A stretch of DNA of 35,697 bases from assembly GCA_964342815.1 (NCBI GenBank), contig CAYFHS010000043.1:1-35697 (forward strand), written 5' to 3'. The DNA comes from an uncultured archaeon (GTDB lineage Archaea; Thermoplasmatota; Penumbrarchaeia; JASLWR01). Positions 1-10,577 of this stretch are shown here, piece after piece. The notes beneath the pieces were generated by a model. That model was not told the DNA's origin. It made no database searches and worked only from the letters and a program-made list of their open reading frames with translations. The translations under genes were made by a program, and so were the position numbers. The first letter of the stretch is position 1; the number at the start of each line of letters is the position of its first letter.

Positions 1-53
1 TTTTCCAAAAAAGTAGTTTTGGGCCGCTTTTTTTTCTAAAAAAAGTGGTTTTT
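1..53. repeat. Tandem palindromic (REP-like) units, period 31 nt, truncated at the window edge
   Basis: AAAAAAAGT recurs at 7-15 and 38-46. The second unit CCGC-T7-CT-A7-GTGG (25-48) is an imperfect inverted repeat. Lies 3' of the 147..5102 gene. Confidence 0.55.
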
Positions 54-146
54 CATTATATCGCTGAATAATTTTTTAAGATCAATTATTATACTGTTCA
101 GTTCACCGCGCCATACTATTCCGAGCATCCTGCCATCAAAAGATTT

Positions 147-3100
147 CTATTCGAACTCGGAGCCGCAGTGAGTACATTTGTCGGCATTCTTCTTGATTAT
201 CCCGTCGCAGTTCGAACACTGCATCTCTCCCTTTTCAAGGAAGACCGAACCACACTCATCACATTTGTTATCCTCAGCCAATACATTTGCACCGCACTCT
301 GAACAGGTTGCGGCCTCCAGTTTGGAAAGCAGATCATCCAATTCGCTCTCGTCCAAGCCCTCTTCCAGGTCCAGTTCTTTTTCGAATTTCCTTTCGCATT
401 CCGGACAGCTCTCAATATCCATGTCCACAGAAGCACCGCAGTTGGAACAGGTGATCTCGGGGACCGTGAAAACGTTGAACTGTTCAAGCAGATCATCGTA
501 AAGTTCCTCGTCGAGAATGCTTATATCCTTGGGAAAATCCCCGAAATCCAGATCGAACAATTCCGGACTGCTGTCCAGATAATCCAGTTCAAATACTTCG
601 GTTGGTTCCATACCGTCCCAACCCGTACCAGAGGGAAATTCCACGGTTCCCAGATCTTCGAGATCGTAATACTTCGCTTCGGCGGCCTCTTTCTTTTCCT
701 TCCTCTTCCTGTAGAAATAACCATACACGAGAAGGATTATCAGAACTATGAGTGTTACAATTATTATTACCATGACAATATAGTTTGGTTCGCCCTCAAC
801 TGCTGCAATAGGATTATCTTCAAAATCAGGGGGTGTACCGTCCTGATATTCTTTTATGTTTGCGCGCCCGTCGTTATCCGGATCGCCATTGGCTCCGTTT
901 TCGCCGGTTGCATTGAGTGGGTCCAGATTATAATCCCATTCCCAACCGTCCGGCAGCCCGTCCCCGTCAGAATCCCAGTGATTAGGATAAGTACCTGCTT
1001 TGTACTCCTGAAGGTTTAATAGGCCATCCCCGTCAAGGTCTTCATCCGCATCGGTCCCGTCGAAGGAACCGAGACCGTAGAAAGTTTCCCAGCTATTGGG
1101 CATATCGTCCTCATCGTCGTCCGCCCTATAGGTCGAATCATATGGTTCCGGATCACTATTGTCACCAACCCCGTCCCCGTCACTGTCCGTGGATTCGTCC
1201 TTATCCAATGGGAACCGATCGAGTGGAATGGGGGTTCGGTCTCCGTCCCAGTCAAGATCGGGAGCAAAGGCTGCAAGTGTTATGGTTATGTCACCCGGAT
1301 TGTTGACGGAATACTTGATGGAGGTTTTGGATAGCATCGCAGTGTTCAATTTCTCCCACGCACCATTTTCCAATTTGTAAAATGAGAGATTATCGATATC
1401 CCAGAGTTCGGGCTGTAGCAGTTTTCCTTTGAGTTTTTCAAGATTGAGACTTAAGGTTATCGCAACCCAATTCACTTTACTGTTAAGAGTTACGTTGAAA
1501 TAAACACCGGTCGAGACAAAATAATCGGGAACTGGGGCTGGCGAACTATCCACCGAAGCCCAAAGATCGTATCTCGATAGGCTTTCACCCCATTTTTCAT
1601 ATGTAATATTGATGCTCTGCGATTTGATAACGTAATTATGTTCATTGTACTTATGCGTCGTATCCTGAGTGATAAAACTGTAACTGCTCCTGTCATTACG
1701 GTTGTAAAACTCGTGGGTAGCGAAATTCCGGGCATTGTCGATCATGTCCACCTTTATTCTATAACTGGATTCATATTTCAGGGTCACGTCATCAGGTAGA
1801 ATGAAGCTTGCAGAAAGGGTCCATACTACGTAATCAGATTGACCCGATACCATTTCCCAGGTATTCGTTACTTCATCGAAGACCAGCAGTCTGACGGTAA
1901 CTTGGCTCAACGGCTCATTGAAGTGTACAATTATGGGAGTTGTCACCGGTAATTCCAAGGCTCCCTGAGTAGGTATGCTGCCCGTTACATAAGGTGCTGC
2001 CTTATCAAGCACTATGATCTCTGGAGTTGTGGAAATGGATAACCTGCCAAAATAATCCACGGAATAGGCAGTAAGAATATTTTCACCCGGTTCCAGAAGT
2101 ATTGGGATCGAGAAATTACCGTCCTCGTCGGGTATGATATCCTCGTAAACGGTCTTGTAGTTCACTATGAGTTTGATGCTACAGTCAACTGGTGCTTTTC
2201 CTTCTATGTTGATATTCTCGTAACTGGTCCAGTTCGTTAGGATATTGAGAACAGGAGGTGGTGGAGCTGTGTTATTCAAAACAATGGTGATCTCATCCTG
2301 TGTATGATTGTTCCCAATGTTGTCAACAGCACCGAACATGAGATTATGCACGCCCTCATTGAGTATTAGGAGTTCGTCATCCCAGGTGACATTGCCTCCA
2401 TCCAGTCGGTACCATACGTCTTTCACACCTGATTGTGGGTTATTCCCACTAATATCCTCGGCTGCAAGCGAGATCACCGTGCTGTCCTTAATATATACGT
2501 CATCGGTCCCTGATAACGTGTGGTTTTCGCCCTTGTAGTGGGGAGTGACTTTGGGAGGCGTGATATCTATATAGAAAGCTCCAGTCTGTCTTGCGCCGGT
2601 GATTATGGAATTTCCCTTGTTACTTAAATTGTCCTCGGCTCCGATCTTCAAATTATGATATCCCTCGGCCAATCCTTCCATGGATATCTTTGAACTGTCA
2701 TTGTATTGACGTTCAATGCCGTCCAATTCGTAATATATCATTTTCAACCCGGAGGCGGCATCCTGAGCATCCAGAGTAAAAATTGTATCATTTCTCACAA
2801 AGAAATCATTATTTTCGACTCCGTCAACGTAGTATATGTCAATTGACTCGGTTACCGCCGGGAATGTATTATCAAGATATATCCACAACTCTTCACCACT
2901 GGTGTTATAACCCAGGTTGTCGACGGCACCCAAGGTTAGATTATATTTTCCGTCAGGGACCTCCCAGTCAAAAAAGAAGGTATCGGGTGAAACAGAATGC
3001 GAAAAATTGAATTCGATCCAGTAATGATCGATACCCGAGACGTCGGTGAAATTCATGGTAAAAGGTGTATTTCGCGAAACGTTCCAGGTGTGGTTGTCAT

Positions 3101-5102
3101 CCATCCTGTAGGCTCCATCCAACGTCAATTCCTGAAAATCAGGAGTCGAAAAATCCACAGTTATGTTCATTCTTAAAATAGTTTCAGTATTGCCTTCGAA
3201 ATCAACGGAATAATAATACAGTGAATAATTGCCCGAACCGTTCTTTGCAGCGGGTGAGAAAGGATTGTTGAAAGTTGTCCATCCGGTACCGGTATTATTC
3301 CACTGCAGGTCATAATAGGTATATTGAACACCGCATCCCTCGCTGTCCTCAAAAGTGATATTGATTTTTGTTGTATCGTTTATGAAAAGCATATCCGGCA
3401 GAAGGTATTCATTCCCGATTGTTTCAATTGAAGAACTTGGGGCAATTGTATCGTTCATTTTGAATTCCAGTGAATAGTTATTCGGTTCTTCGATGGATAG
3501 ATTTTCCGCGAAATATCCCCACTTTTCAATGCTAACGTTCATGGGATAGTTATAAGTTGTCTTTTGTATACCGGAAGCGTTCATTTCGACGAATGTTATG
3601 TTCTGCCACCAGATGCCGTTCACCTCACCCGTTTGGAACTCTTTTAGATAAGTGGTCTCATTCTTGTCCTTTATTACGATGGTCATACAGCATACTTCCA
3701 CTCCTGTAAGATTATATACATTGACGGACAGGAAATATTCGGCCCAGAGGTAACTGCGGTTCAGTCCGGTGTGATTCATCACATAAGTCGAATTCAGAAG
3801 AAATACCAGGGAATCGGTGGCGTTTATGTATTCGGAGCCGTATTCCGAAAAGGAGCTGTTCGTGATCCGCATTTCGGTGGTTCCGGAGGGACTGCCGACA
3901 ATGGCAATGCCGCCGCTGGTATTGGAAAAGGTAGATTCGCAAATTTCAGTAACACTAAAATTATTCATGGAATTGTTGATGGAAATGGGAAGATTCCCCG
4001 GGCTTGAGACAGTAGAATTCATAATGGAGATATTCGTAATGTTCACCAACTGAAATACGAGACCCGCAGCATTTATTACCGAAATATCCTGAAAATCGAA
4101 TTTTTCCATGTCCTCGATTCTGTAATAAATGTCGGAGCCGCCGGAGCATATTACCTCGTTGGTTCCGTTGATGGTCAGGGAGTCCAGCCCGCTTGCATTC
4201 ATCCCCACTGCGCAGGAAATAATATTGATGTCTTTCAATGTGAAATTCTCCGTTTGAAACAATTTTAGCCCATCGCCGGTACTGTTTGATATGATTATAT
4301 GCGACAGGTGTGCCACGACAGACCCGGAGATATTGATCCCAGTGGAACAATTATTCATGGATGCGTTGGACAAATTAAATGTGCCTTTCCCCTTCCCTTC
4401 GCTCACAAAGGCTAAACCCGAAATATTCTCAATTGTCGTCTGGTTCATGGATATATCGACCTGGCTTCCCGATACAGCGTCCAATTTGACACCGTTCCCA
4501 CAGCTTTTTATGGTAAGGTCTTCAGTCGATATGGTTGAGTTCGCATCCACCGTGATAGCGGATTCCAGCGTGTGGTTTATAGAAACATTGAACAATTCGG
4601 CCCGACTATTTGTAAAAACTAATGCGTTCTTTGAGTTGTAGATTACTGTATGGTTTAAATAACTGGTGTTGTCGTTGGACTGAAATACGATCCCGGTAAA
4701 GCCACCCGGAGCATGTGTGGAATTGGCACATATGGTCACAGGTTTTCCTTCGGACCCGTTCAATACCAAGCTCCCGTTCACAGTGAGTGAAAGATCGTCG
4801 TCGAACTTCAGATACGTACTGCTGTTTACGGTAAGTGAGGCGCCCGTTGAAACCGTTACATTTCCATGAAATATGAAAACACCCGAATTATTAGTTACAC
4901 TACCGTTTGAATTCGCTGCAAGGTCCTCCATATACCAGTGCGAACCCGATGGTATCACAAATCCGGTACCCTGACCACGGGCTTCTTTTGTAGTAAAAAA
5001 CATAATGCCTGAAAAACCCGTCAATATTAGGAGCGTACAAACGAATACGGCAAGATACTTAGGACCTACACTGCAAGGTCGTTCCATGCCAGTGGTACTC
5101 AT
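147..5102 (-). CDS. Giant cell-surface protein: N-terminal signal/TM, parallel beta-helix repeats, tandem Ig/beta-sandwich repeats, Ca-binding DxDGDG (TSP3-like) repeats, C-terminal TM, acidic cytoplasmic tail with three Zn ribbons
   Basis: 1651-aa ORF with a GGGGTGA SD upstream of ATG 5102. N/S/I-rich beta-helix repeats; repeated D/NxTxP domain starts; DSDGDG/DLDGDG motifs; hydrophobic YIVMVIIIVTLIVLIILLVYGYFY followed by RKRKEKK; three CxxC..CxxC pairs at the C-terminus. Confidence 0.85.
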   Translation of the reverse strand: MSTTGMERPCSVGPKYLAVFVCTLLILTGFSGIMFFTTKEARGQGTGFVIPSGSHWYMEDLAANSNGSVTNNSGVFIFHGNVTVSTGASLTVNSSTYLKFDDDLSLTVNGSLVLNGSEGKPVTICANSTHAPGGFTGIVFQSNDNTSYLNHTVIYNSKNALVFTNSRAELFNVSINHTLESAITVDANSTISTEDLTIKSCGNGVKLDAVSGSQVDISMNQTTIENISGLAFVSEGKGKGTFNLSNASMNNCSTGINISGSVVAHLSHIIISNSTGDGLKLFQTENFTLKDINIISCAVGMNASGLDSLTINGTNEVICSGGSDIYYRIEDMEKFDFQDISVINAAGLVFQLVNITNISIMNSTVSSPGNLPISINNSMNNFSVTEICESTFSNTSGGIAIVGSPSGTTEMRITNSSFSEYGSEYINATDSLVFLLNSTYVMNHTGLNRSYLWAEYFLSVNVYNLTGVEVCCMTIVIKDKNETTYLKEFQTGEVNGIWWQNITFVEMNASGIQKTTYNYPMNVSIEKWGYFAENLSIEEPNNYSLEFKMNDTIAPSSSIETIGNEYLLPDMLFINDTTKINITFEDSEGCGVQYTYYDLQWNNTGTGWTTFNNPFSPAAKNGSGNYSLYYYSVDFEGNTETILRMNITVDFSTPDFQELTLDGAYRMDDNHTWNVSRNTPFTMNFTDVSGIDHYWIEFNFSHSVSPDTFFFDWEVPDGKYNLTLGAVDNLGYNTSGEELWIYLDNTFPAVTESIDIYYVDGVENNDFFVRNDTIFTLDAQDAASGLKMIYYELDGIERQYNDSSKISMEGLAEGYHNLKIGAEDNLSNKGNSIITGARQTGAFYIDITPPKVTPHYKGENHTLSGTDDVYIKDSTVISLAAEDISGNNPQSGVKDVWYRLDGGNVTWDDELLILNEGVHNLMFGAVDNIGNNHTQDEITIVLNNTAPPPPVLNILTNWTSYENINIEGKAPVDCSIKLIVNYKTVYEDIIPDEDGNFSIPILLEPGENILTAYSVDYFGRLSISTTPEIIVLDKAAPYVTGSIPTQGALELPVTTPIIVHFNEPLSQVTVRLLVFDEVTNTWEMVSGQSDYVVWTLSASFILPDDVTLKYESSYRIKVDMIDNARNFATHEFYNRNDRSSYSFITQDTTHKYNEHNYVIKSQSINITYEKWGESLSRYDLWASVDSSPAPVPDYFVSTGVYFNVTLNSKVNWVAITLSLNLEKLKGKLLQPELWDIDNLSFYKLENGAWEKLNTAMLSKTSIKYSVNNPGDITITLAAFAPDLDWDGDRTPIPLDRFPLDKDESTDSDGDGVGDNSDPEPYDSTYRADDDEDDMPNSWETFYGLGSFDGTDADEDLDGDGLLNLQEYKAGTYPNHWDSDGDGLPDGWEWDYNLDPLNATGENGANGDPDNDGRANIKEYQDGTPPDFEDNPIAAVEGEPNYIVMVIIIVTLIVLIILLVYGYFYRKRKEKKEAAEAKYYDLEDLGTVEFPSGTGWDGMEPTEVFELDYLDSSPELFDLDFGDFPKDISILDEELYDDLLEQFNVFTVPEITCSNCGASVDMDIESCPECERKFEKELDLEEGLDESELDDLLSKLEAATCSECGANVLAEDNKCDECGSVFLEKGEMQCSNCDGIIKKNADKCTHCGSEFE

Positions 5103-5298
5103 GTATTGATCACCCCGATAAGGTTATTGAAATCAAAATCTGCTTAGGAAAACCTTAGGGTTATAATATACCTATTAATATAAATATATGGTCGCTTTCA
5201 CAAAAATGGAGAGAAATCCGAATTGATAAGTATGATTATTTTAATGGATTTTGAATACAAGAACACAAAATATTTAGACCACAGGCGAAGTTTCGATA

Positions 5299-7032
5299 TT
5301 GATGAAAGGTGAGATCGCTAAACTCTTTGCAAGCTACGGAATGCTGCTGGATCCGCGGGCCGCAGCTCTGCTGATGGAGCAGGAGAATCCGGTGAGTTAT
5401 GCAAAGATATTACTACCATTATTGAAGACCGAATACTCGGGTATTCTGAACCATGCGAATATAAAATGGGCCAGCGAAAAGAATGGGGTTCTTGGGATTC
5501 TTAAGAACAAGGATCCTGGGATTCTGAAAGTACGTGATATGTCCGCCGAAAGTGAAATGCCATCATCCCTTGAAGGTATCTCAAAGATTCCAATTCCAAC
5601 TCACCTACATGAGGAACAGAAAAGTACGGAAGGGCTAAGTCCCGAGAGTGCAGGTGAGTCCTTAAAGGAGGAAAACGGGGTGGAATGCACAAACGTGGAT
5701 GGAATGATCAAATCTCTCGATCTATCTCCTGGGAAAGAATATAATCCCTGTTTTACTTCTCTTGAACCCCGTGTTGACGTTTTACGGGAAATAACCGGTG
5801 AATCGCTGTGTGAAGGAATCAAAGAAAACTTCTTCACTTATTTTTCAAGCAGGTTCGAGAAGATGAAATCTATCTTTCGCCGTAATTCGTTCGTGAGAAA
5901 TGCTATGCCGGTAAAGGTTGTAAAGAAAAGGACCGCATACCAATTCGGAGACGGTGACGGAGCTTCGGTGATCGGGATGGTGGCGGCAATTCATCGCGGG
6001 AAAACCGGTGAGATATACGGTTTTGACCTTGAAGATCAGACCGGTCGATTGAAATGCGGAATAAGCAGGGAACGAAGAGGCGAAGTGAAAAATGGTCTGG
6101 TTCTTGATGAGACCATCGCAGTAATGGGAAAGATGGCCCGGAACCGTGATATTTTCTATATCGACCGTATCATAAATCCGGGAGTACCCTGGGGCCGACG
6201 TGTCAACTATACCGATGAGCCGATATGCGCCGTCTTTATATCTGACATTCATGCGGGTTCGAATACCTTTCTGGAAGAACAATGGTTCTCATTTTTAAAA
6301 TGGATCAACGGTGGATTTTCGGATAAAGCAGGTTTAGTGAACCGTGTTAAATATCTCGTGATAGGGGGAGATAACGTTGACGGTATAGGTGTCTATCCCG
6401 ATCACAAATACGACCTGAAGATCTCGAATATATATAAACAATATGAATTTCTGGGAGAATACTTGAAGAAAGTACCGGAACACATCGAGATAATAATGAT
6501 ACCTGGAAATCATGACGCTGTACGAAAGACCGAACCGCAGCCGGCTCTCAGGGAATGCATGATGAAATACTTTTCTCCCAACGTTCGTTTTCTGGGTAAT
6601 CCTTCGCTTTTCAGGCTTCACGGAACCATGGTGATGGCATATCACGGAGCCTCCATCGATGACTGGATAACCGCGCTAAATCACCTCAATTATTCCAATC
6701 CCATCGAATCCATGAAGGAAATGATGGTTCGACGCCATATCCTTCCCATGTACGGTCTCAAAACCCCACTAGCACCGGAGAAGGACGATCATCTCATCAT
6801 CGACCCGATCCCGGACATTTTTTTAACCGGCCATACCCATTCATTTGGTGTCGTCCCTTACAGGAATACGCTTCTCATTAATGGATCTACCTGGCAATCA
6901 CAGACCGATTACCAGAAGATGCATAATTTCAACCCGATTCCGGCAAAGGTTACGGTAGTCAATTTGAATACAATGAAACCAACTATACTTGATTTCATGG
7001 ATTGTCAACCGGATATTTACAGAGGCGGTTGA
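5299..7032 (+). CDS. polB: DNA polymerase D small (DP1, proofreading exonuclease) subunit
   Basis: OB-fold region followed by calcineurin-like phosphoesterase motifs SDIHAGS, GGDNVDG, PGNHD, YHG, GHTH and the typical NSGxWQxQT-like segment (NGSTWQSQT). ATG at 5302 is an alternative start. Confidence 0.95.
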   Translation: MMKGEIAKLFASYGMLLDPRAAALLMEQENPVSYAKILLPLLKTEYSGILNHANIKWASEKNGVLGILKNKDPGILKVRDMSAESEMPSSLEGISKIPIPTHLHEEQKSTEGLSPESAGESLKEENGVECTNVDGMIKSLDLSPGKEYNPCFTSLEPRVDVLREITGESLCEGIKENFFTYFSSRFEKMKSIFRRNSFVRNAMPVKVVKKRTAYQFGDGDGASVIGMVAAIHRGKTGEIYGFDLEDQTGRLKCGISRERRGEVKNGLVLDETIAVMGKMARNRDIFYIDRIINPGVPWGRRVNYTDEPICAVFISDIHAGSNTFLEEQWFSFLKWINGGFSDKAGLVNRVKYLVIGGDNVDGIGVYPDHKYDLKISNIYKQYEFLGEYLKKVPEHIEIIMIPGNHDAVRKTEPQPALRECMMKYFSPNVRFLGNPSLFRLHGTMVMAYHGASIDDWITALNHLNYSNPIESMKEMMVRRHILPMYGLKTPLAPEKDDHLIIDPIPDIFLTGHTHSFGVVPYRNTLLINGSTWQSQTDYQKMHNFNPIPAKVTVVNLNTMKPTILDFMDCQPDIYRGG

Positions 7033-7177
7033 ATGGTTCTACCCAATGAAAACGTATTAAACTTGGATGAGTGACCTTGTGGTATTTCTTTCAATTGAGA
7101 AATGTAATTTTATTGAATCTGTATTTCATGGGAATTACTGCGTATAAAATTTAAACCATAACAATGTTCCAATTGAC

Positions 7178-8245
7178 ATGGTATTCTTCGTGGAATATTA
7201 TCTGCATATTCTGATAACAGCAGCTATAATTTCACTTGTTTTTTTTCAGATGGTACGAAAGGGAAACATGGTATATGCGGAAGCTTGGCGAAATCTGATA
7301 TCGCTGCTAATGGGATTCAGTGCGCTTTACCTTATATTCTGCGATGTTAGATTGATGTCCGGAAGTTTTTATACAACTATTTACAAAATCTCCTTGATCA
7401 TATTACTACTCCCCGGAGTTTACCTAGTATTGAAATTCTTTCTTGGACCGATCTATTTTTCCTTCTCTTCATTGGATGCGTGGAAAAAATTTCAGCGGCT
7501 CTATATTCAACCGGGAAAGGTTGAAAGATATGCCCTGCAGTTTATTTCGATCCTTTCAATAATGATATCCACCCTCACCTTTTTCGAACTCTTTGAGGAT
7601 TACTCATCGAAAATGCTCCTTTCAGCATTGGTTCTTCTCATATCGGGTATCGTTCTATTACTCATTAGAAACACGCTCTACTCGGAGATTTTGACGAATG
7701 TGGCCTTGTCCCATATGTCCGGTGGAGATCTCAACGAAGCCAATCGGCTGCTGCTGCAATCATTGAAATACCGGAAAGATCTACCTAGGACCTGGGCCTT
7801 TCTCGCAGAGCTGAATATAAAACTAGGAAATTGGGGAAGCGCTGAGAGATATCTCCGGTTCCTCAAACGCATCCGTTCCGGTTCCCAGTTAACGGGGATA
7901 CTGGAGGCAAAACTAGAGTATTCTAGGGGGAAATATGCAAACTGCGTACGTTCATCAAAACGTGTGCTGAAAACACATCCTCATCTTTCCGAAGTGCTTC
8001 TCTATGCCGGAAAGGCATCGGTGGCCTTGGAGGAATACGCTCAAGCCATCAAATTCTTTGAGCACTATTTCGTTGATGGGGGAAAAGATCCGGAAGCCTT
8101 GGCCATGGGTGTGAAGGCATATTTCAAGATCGGTGATCATCCGAAAACCGTGCAGACATTTGAAATGATGAATTCTGAAATAACGGAGTTGGAACTTTTT
8201 GAGGAATCAAGAAAATATTTCGAAAAAGCTCGTCGCAAAGAATAG
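7178..8245 (+). CDS. Multi-pass membrane protein with C-terminal TPR-like repeats
   Basis: About five hydrophobic segments in the first ~165 aa, then helical repeats with the TPR pattern (AWAFLAELNIKLGNWGSAERYL; VLLYAGKASVALEEYAQAIKFF). TATA-like AAATTTAAA about 30 nt upstream. Confidence 0.75.
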   Translation: MVFFVEYYLHILITAAIISLVFFQMVRKGNMVYAEAWRNLISLLMGFSALYLIFCDVRLMSGSFYTTIYKISLIILLLPGVYLVLKFFLGPIYFSFSSLDAWKKFQRLYIQPGKVERYALQFISILSIMISTLTFFELFEDYSSKMLLSALVLLISGIVLLLIRNTLYSEILTNVALSHMSGGDLNEANRLLLQSLKYRKDLPRTWAFLAELNIKLGNWGSAERYLRFLKRIRSGSQLTGILEAKLEYSRGKYANCVRSSKRVLKTHPHLSEVLLYAGKASVALEEYAQAIKFFEHYFVDGGKDPEALAMGVKAYFKIGDHPKTVQTFEMMNSEITELELFEESRKYFEKARRKE

Positions 8246-8485
8246 GACGAAAACCGGGGTCAAGGATGCTGAATATCCAATGAACCACCCACAATTCAGG
8301 CATCATCTGAAGGGAACGCTCCAAAGGGAGGGATATCTCGCAGGCCCATAGCCAAAGGCGATCCCATGGGGATTTATAGAGTAAAACGGACATCCAGGGA
8401 AATCGCCAAAATGACTTCTATACTTTCCTGTGGATAAAACATCACAATAGGTTTATATTTGTTGAACGGGATATTATTATCCTGA

Positions 8486-10576
8486 ATGATCGTGATAAGA
8501 ATAATTGAATGTGTTGGGTGGAATGATATGGGCCGCAATCAGAGATCACAGGACAATGGCTGGGACTCCAAACTTACCTTACCTATTACGGCAATACTTG
8601 TTTTTTCATCAATTATCATCGCAATGATCGGATTCGCAGCCAATGTGGAATCTGCCAACGGGGCGGGAGATCCTCCTCTTTTTATCAGTCATGGTGATGA
8701 TGCCGATCCCACAAATCCCATAATTCCCGCGAAGGATCAAATTCTTTTGAAATGGGAATCCAGCGGAGCAAGCCGACAATGGAAGAGCTTCGATATCCAT
8801 ATATCGGAATATGATGATTTCAACTCGGTTTTGGTGGATACGAATGTGGGTGAGGAAGAATACTCCTTTACTATATTGGAACACAACACCACTTACTTCT
8901 GGAGGGTAAAGGAGTATTACCAGGGAGGACAGACCCAGTTCTCGGAGGTTTTTAGTTTTACCGTACGTTTTCCCCCTATCATATCCTGGACCGGTGAAAA
9001 GGGATTCATAGGGGACGGTATTCACCCTGAAGAGGGGCTCGTAGGAGAAAGTTTCAATTTTCGCATATTCTACAGTGATGAATATCTCGGTCTTGCACCC
9101 GATTTTATTCAACTTGTCCTGGATATTCCGGGGGAGGGGGATACCGAGATAGATCTTGATCCCCTCAGTAACCATGATGATTATTCTCACGGTGTTATTC
9201 ATGCAGTCTCCATAAATCTATCAATTGCAGGATCCTATCGATATTATTTCATTGCCGGATTCGGTGATGAGCTGGGGACGGTGAGAATGCCCACCTCCGA
9301 GGGCGTTTACATGTCAGATCTGTTGGTGAATACAGCACCCAGGGTTTATGGCAGTGTGGACCAAACCTATGGTGTTGAGACCACAACCTTCAGGTATAAT
9401 GCCACATTCTGGGACCCGGACAACGACCCTGCGGATCCAAAGAACTCTTTTATTTATGTTGATGGAGTACACCACCCCATGATCGAGACCAATATCTACG
9501 ACCTTGATTCAATTGACGGGAAGGAATTCTATTATGAACTCAGCGGCCTCAAGCAGGGAGTCCACGACTTTTATTTTTATTTCAGGGATTCATTCGGTAC
9601 CGTAACAAAGACCGCAACCTCATTTCACCCCATAATATATGATGGTTGGCCTGATCTGAAGGTTGCATCATCGGATATTAGTTTTAGAAAAGATCCCGAA
9701 ACAGAGAACCTCGTCATTGGGGCCAACATTCACAATATCGGAAAAGGGTCCGCAACCAGCATACCCGTTACATTCTGGTCGGATGATCCGGATAATAGAG
9801 ATGAACATTTCGAGCCTCTCCGGGATATGAACGACAACTATACCTATATCATTCCATATCTTGCCAAGGGACGTTCACATTTCATAGAGTGGTTCACTTG
9901 GATAAAGTACGATGATAAGCAGAAAAGTTCCTACTATGTCATCGTCGACCTGGATTATATGGCAAATGATGATCCGTACAGTCCACTTGCGAAAGCCAGC
10001 CCGGTTCAGGACGGTATACAAGAGGTTATCGACTACAGCACCGACAATACGAACAACAAGGCGGGAAATATATTCCTAAACGGCCCTAATGTAGAGTTAC
10101 GAAAATCCGATGTGACGCCCCAATCCATGATATACAGCAGCACAGGCAAGGATATTACGTTTCTTGTGACGGTAAGAAATGTGGGTAATAAAGAAGTGGA
10201 TTTCGATCGTAACATCATTGTAAGGTTCAGGTTAACAACACCGGACGGCAAGAGTGAGATCAACATGGGCACTTACACTATAAAGAATGGAATGGCTGCT
10301 GGCAGCTATGAGAATGCCCAGAAAAGCCACCGGTTTTCAGGTCCGGAGGGAGATATAGTGGGGAAATGGGTTTTAAAGATCGAAGCCGAGGTTAGCGGTA
10401 TGTTCTATGAACCTGACACCGATAACAATGTTGTTTACATTGATTTCGACGTAATCAAGATACAGCATACGATTTTGGCTCCTTCCTTCTCTCCTTCGAC
10501 AATTTCCATAGGCTCGGGGCTGTTGGTACTGGTTTTTATCGTAATATGGCCCTGGAGAAGGAAGAAGGTTTATTGA
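8486..10576 (+). CDS. Surface protein with FN3-like, Ig-like and two CARDB-like domains and a PGF-CTERM-like C-terminal anchor; probable true start at ATG 8528
   Basis: Signal-like N-terminus; HNTTYFWRV FN3 motif; PDLKVASSDISF and NVELRKSDVTP..TVRNVG CARDB patterns; C-terminus APSF..TM..WRRKK. Confidence 0.8.
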   Translation: MIVIRIIECVGWNDMGRNQRSQDNGWDSKLTLPITAILVFSSIIIAMIGFAANVESANGAGDPPLFISHGDDADPTNPIIPAKDQILLKWESSGASRQWKSFDIHISEYDDFNSVLVDTNVGEEEYSFTILEHNTTYFWRVKEYYQGGQTQFSEVFSFTVRFPPIISWTGEKGFIGDGIHPEEGLVGESFNFRIFYSDEYLGLAPDFIQLVLDIPGEGDTEIDLDPLSNHDDYSHGVIHAVSINLSIAGSYRYYFIAGFGDELGTVRMPTSEGVYMSDLLVNTAPRVYGSVDQTYGVETTTFRYNATFWDPDNDPADPKNSFIYVDGVHHPMIETNIYDLDSIDGKEFYYELSGLKQGVHDFYFYFRDSFGTVTKTATSFHPIIYDGWPDLKVASSDISFRKDPETENLVIGANIHNIGKGSATSIPVTFWSDDPDNRDEHFEPLRDMNDNYTYIIPYLAKGRSHFIEWFTWIKYDDKQKSSYYVIVDLDYMANDDPYSPLAKASPVQDGIQEVIDYSTDNTNNKAGNIFLNGPNVELRKSDVTPQSMIYSSTGKDITFLVTVRNVGNKEVDFDRNIIVRFRLTTPDGKSEINMGTYTIKNGMAAGSYENAQKSHRFSGPEGDIVGKWVLKIEAEVSGMFYEPDTDNNVVYIDFDVIKIQHTILAPSFSPSTISIGSGLLVLVFIVIWPWRRKKVY

Positions 10577-10577
10577 T

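Noticed and set aside
5299-7032. Possible intein or insertion in DP1 (low-complexity stretch aa ~80-145)
   Set aside because: No intein splice motifs. A variable linker after the N-terminal domain is normal for DP1.
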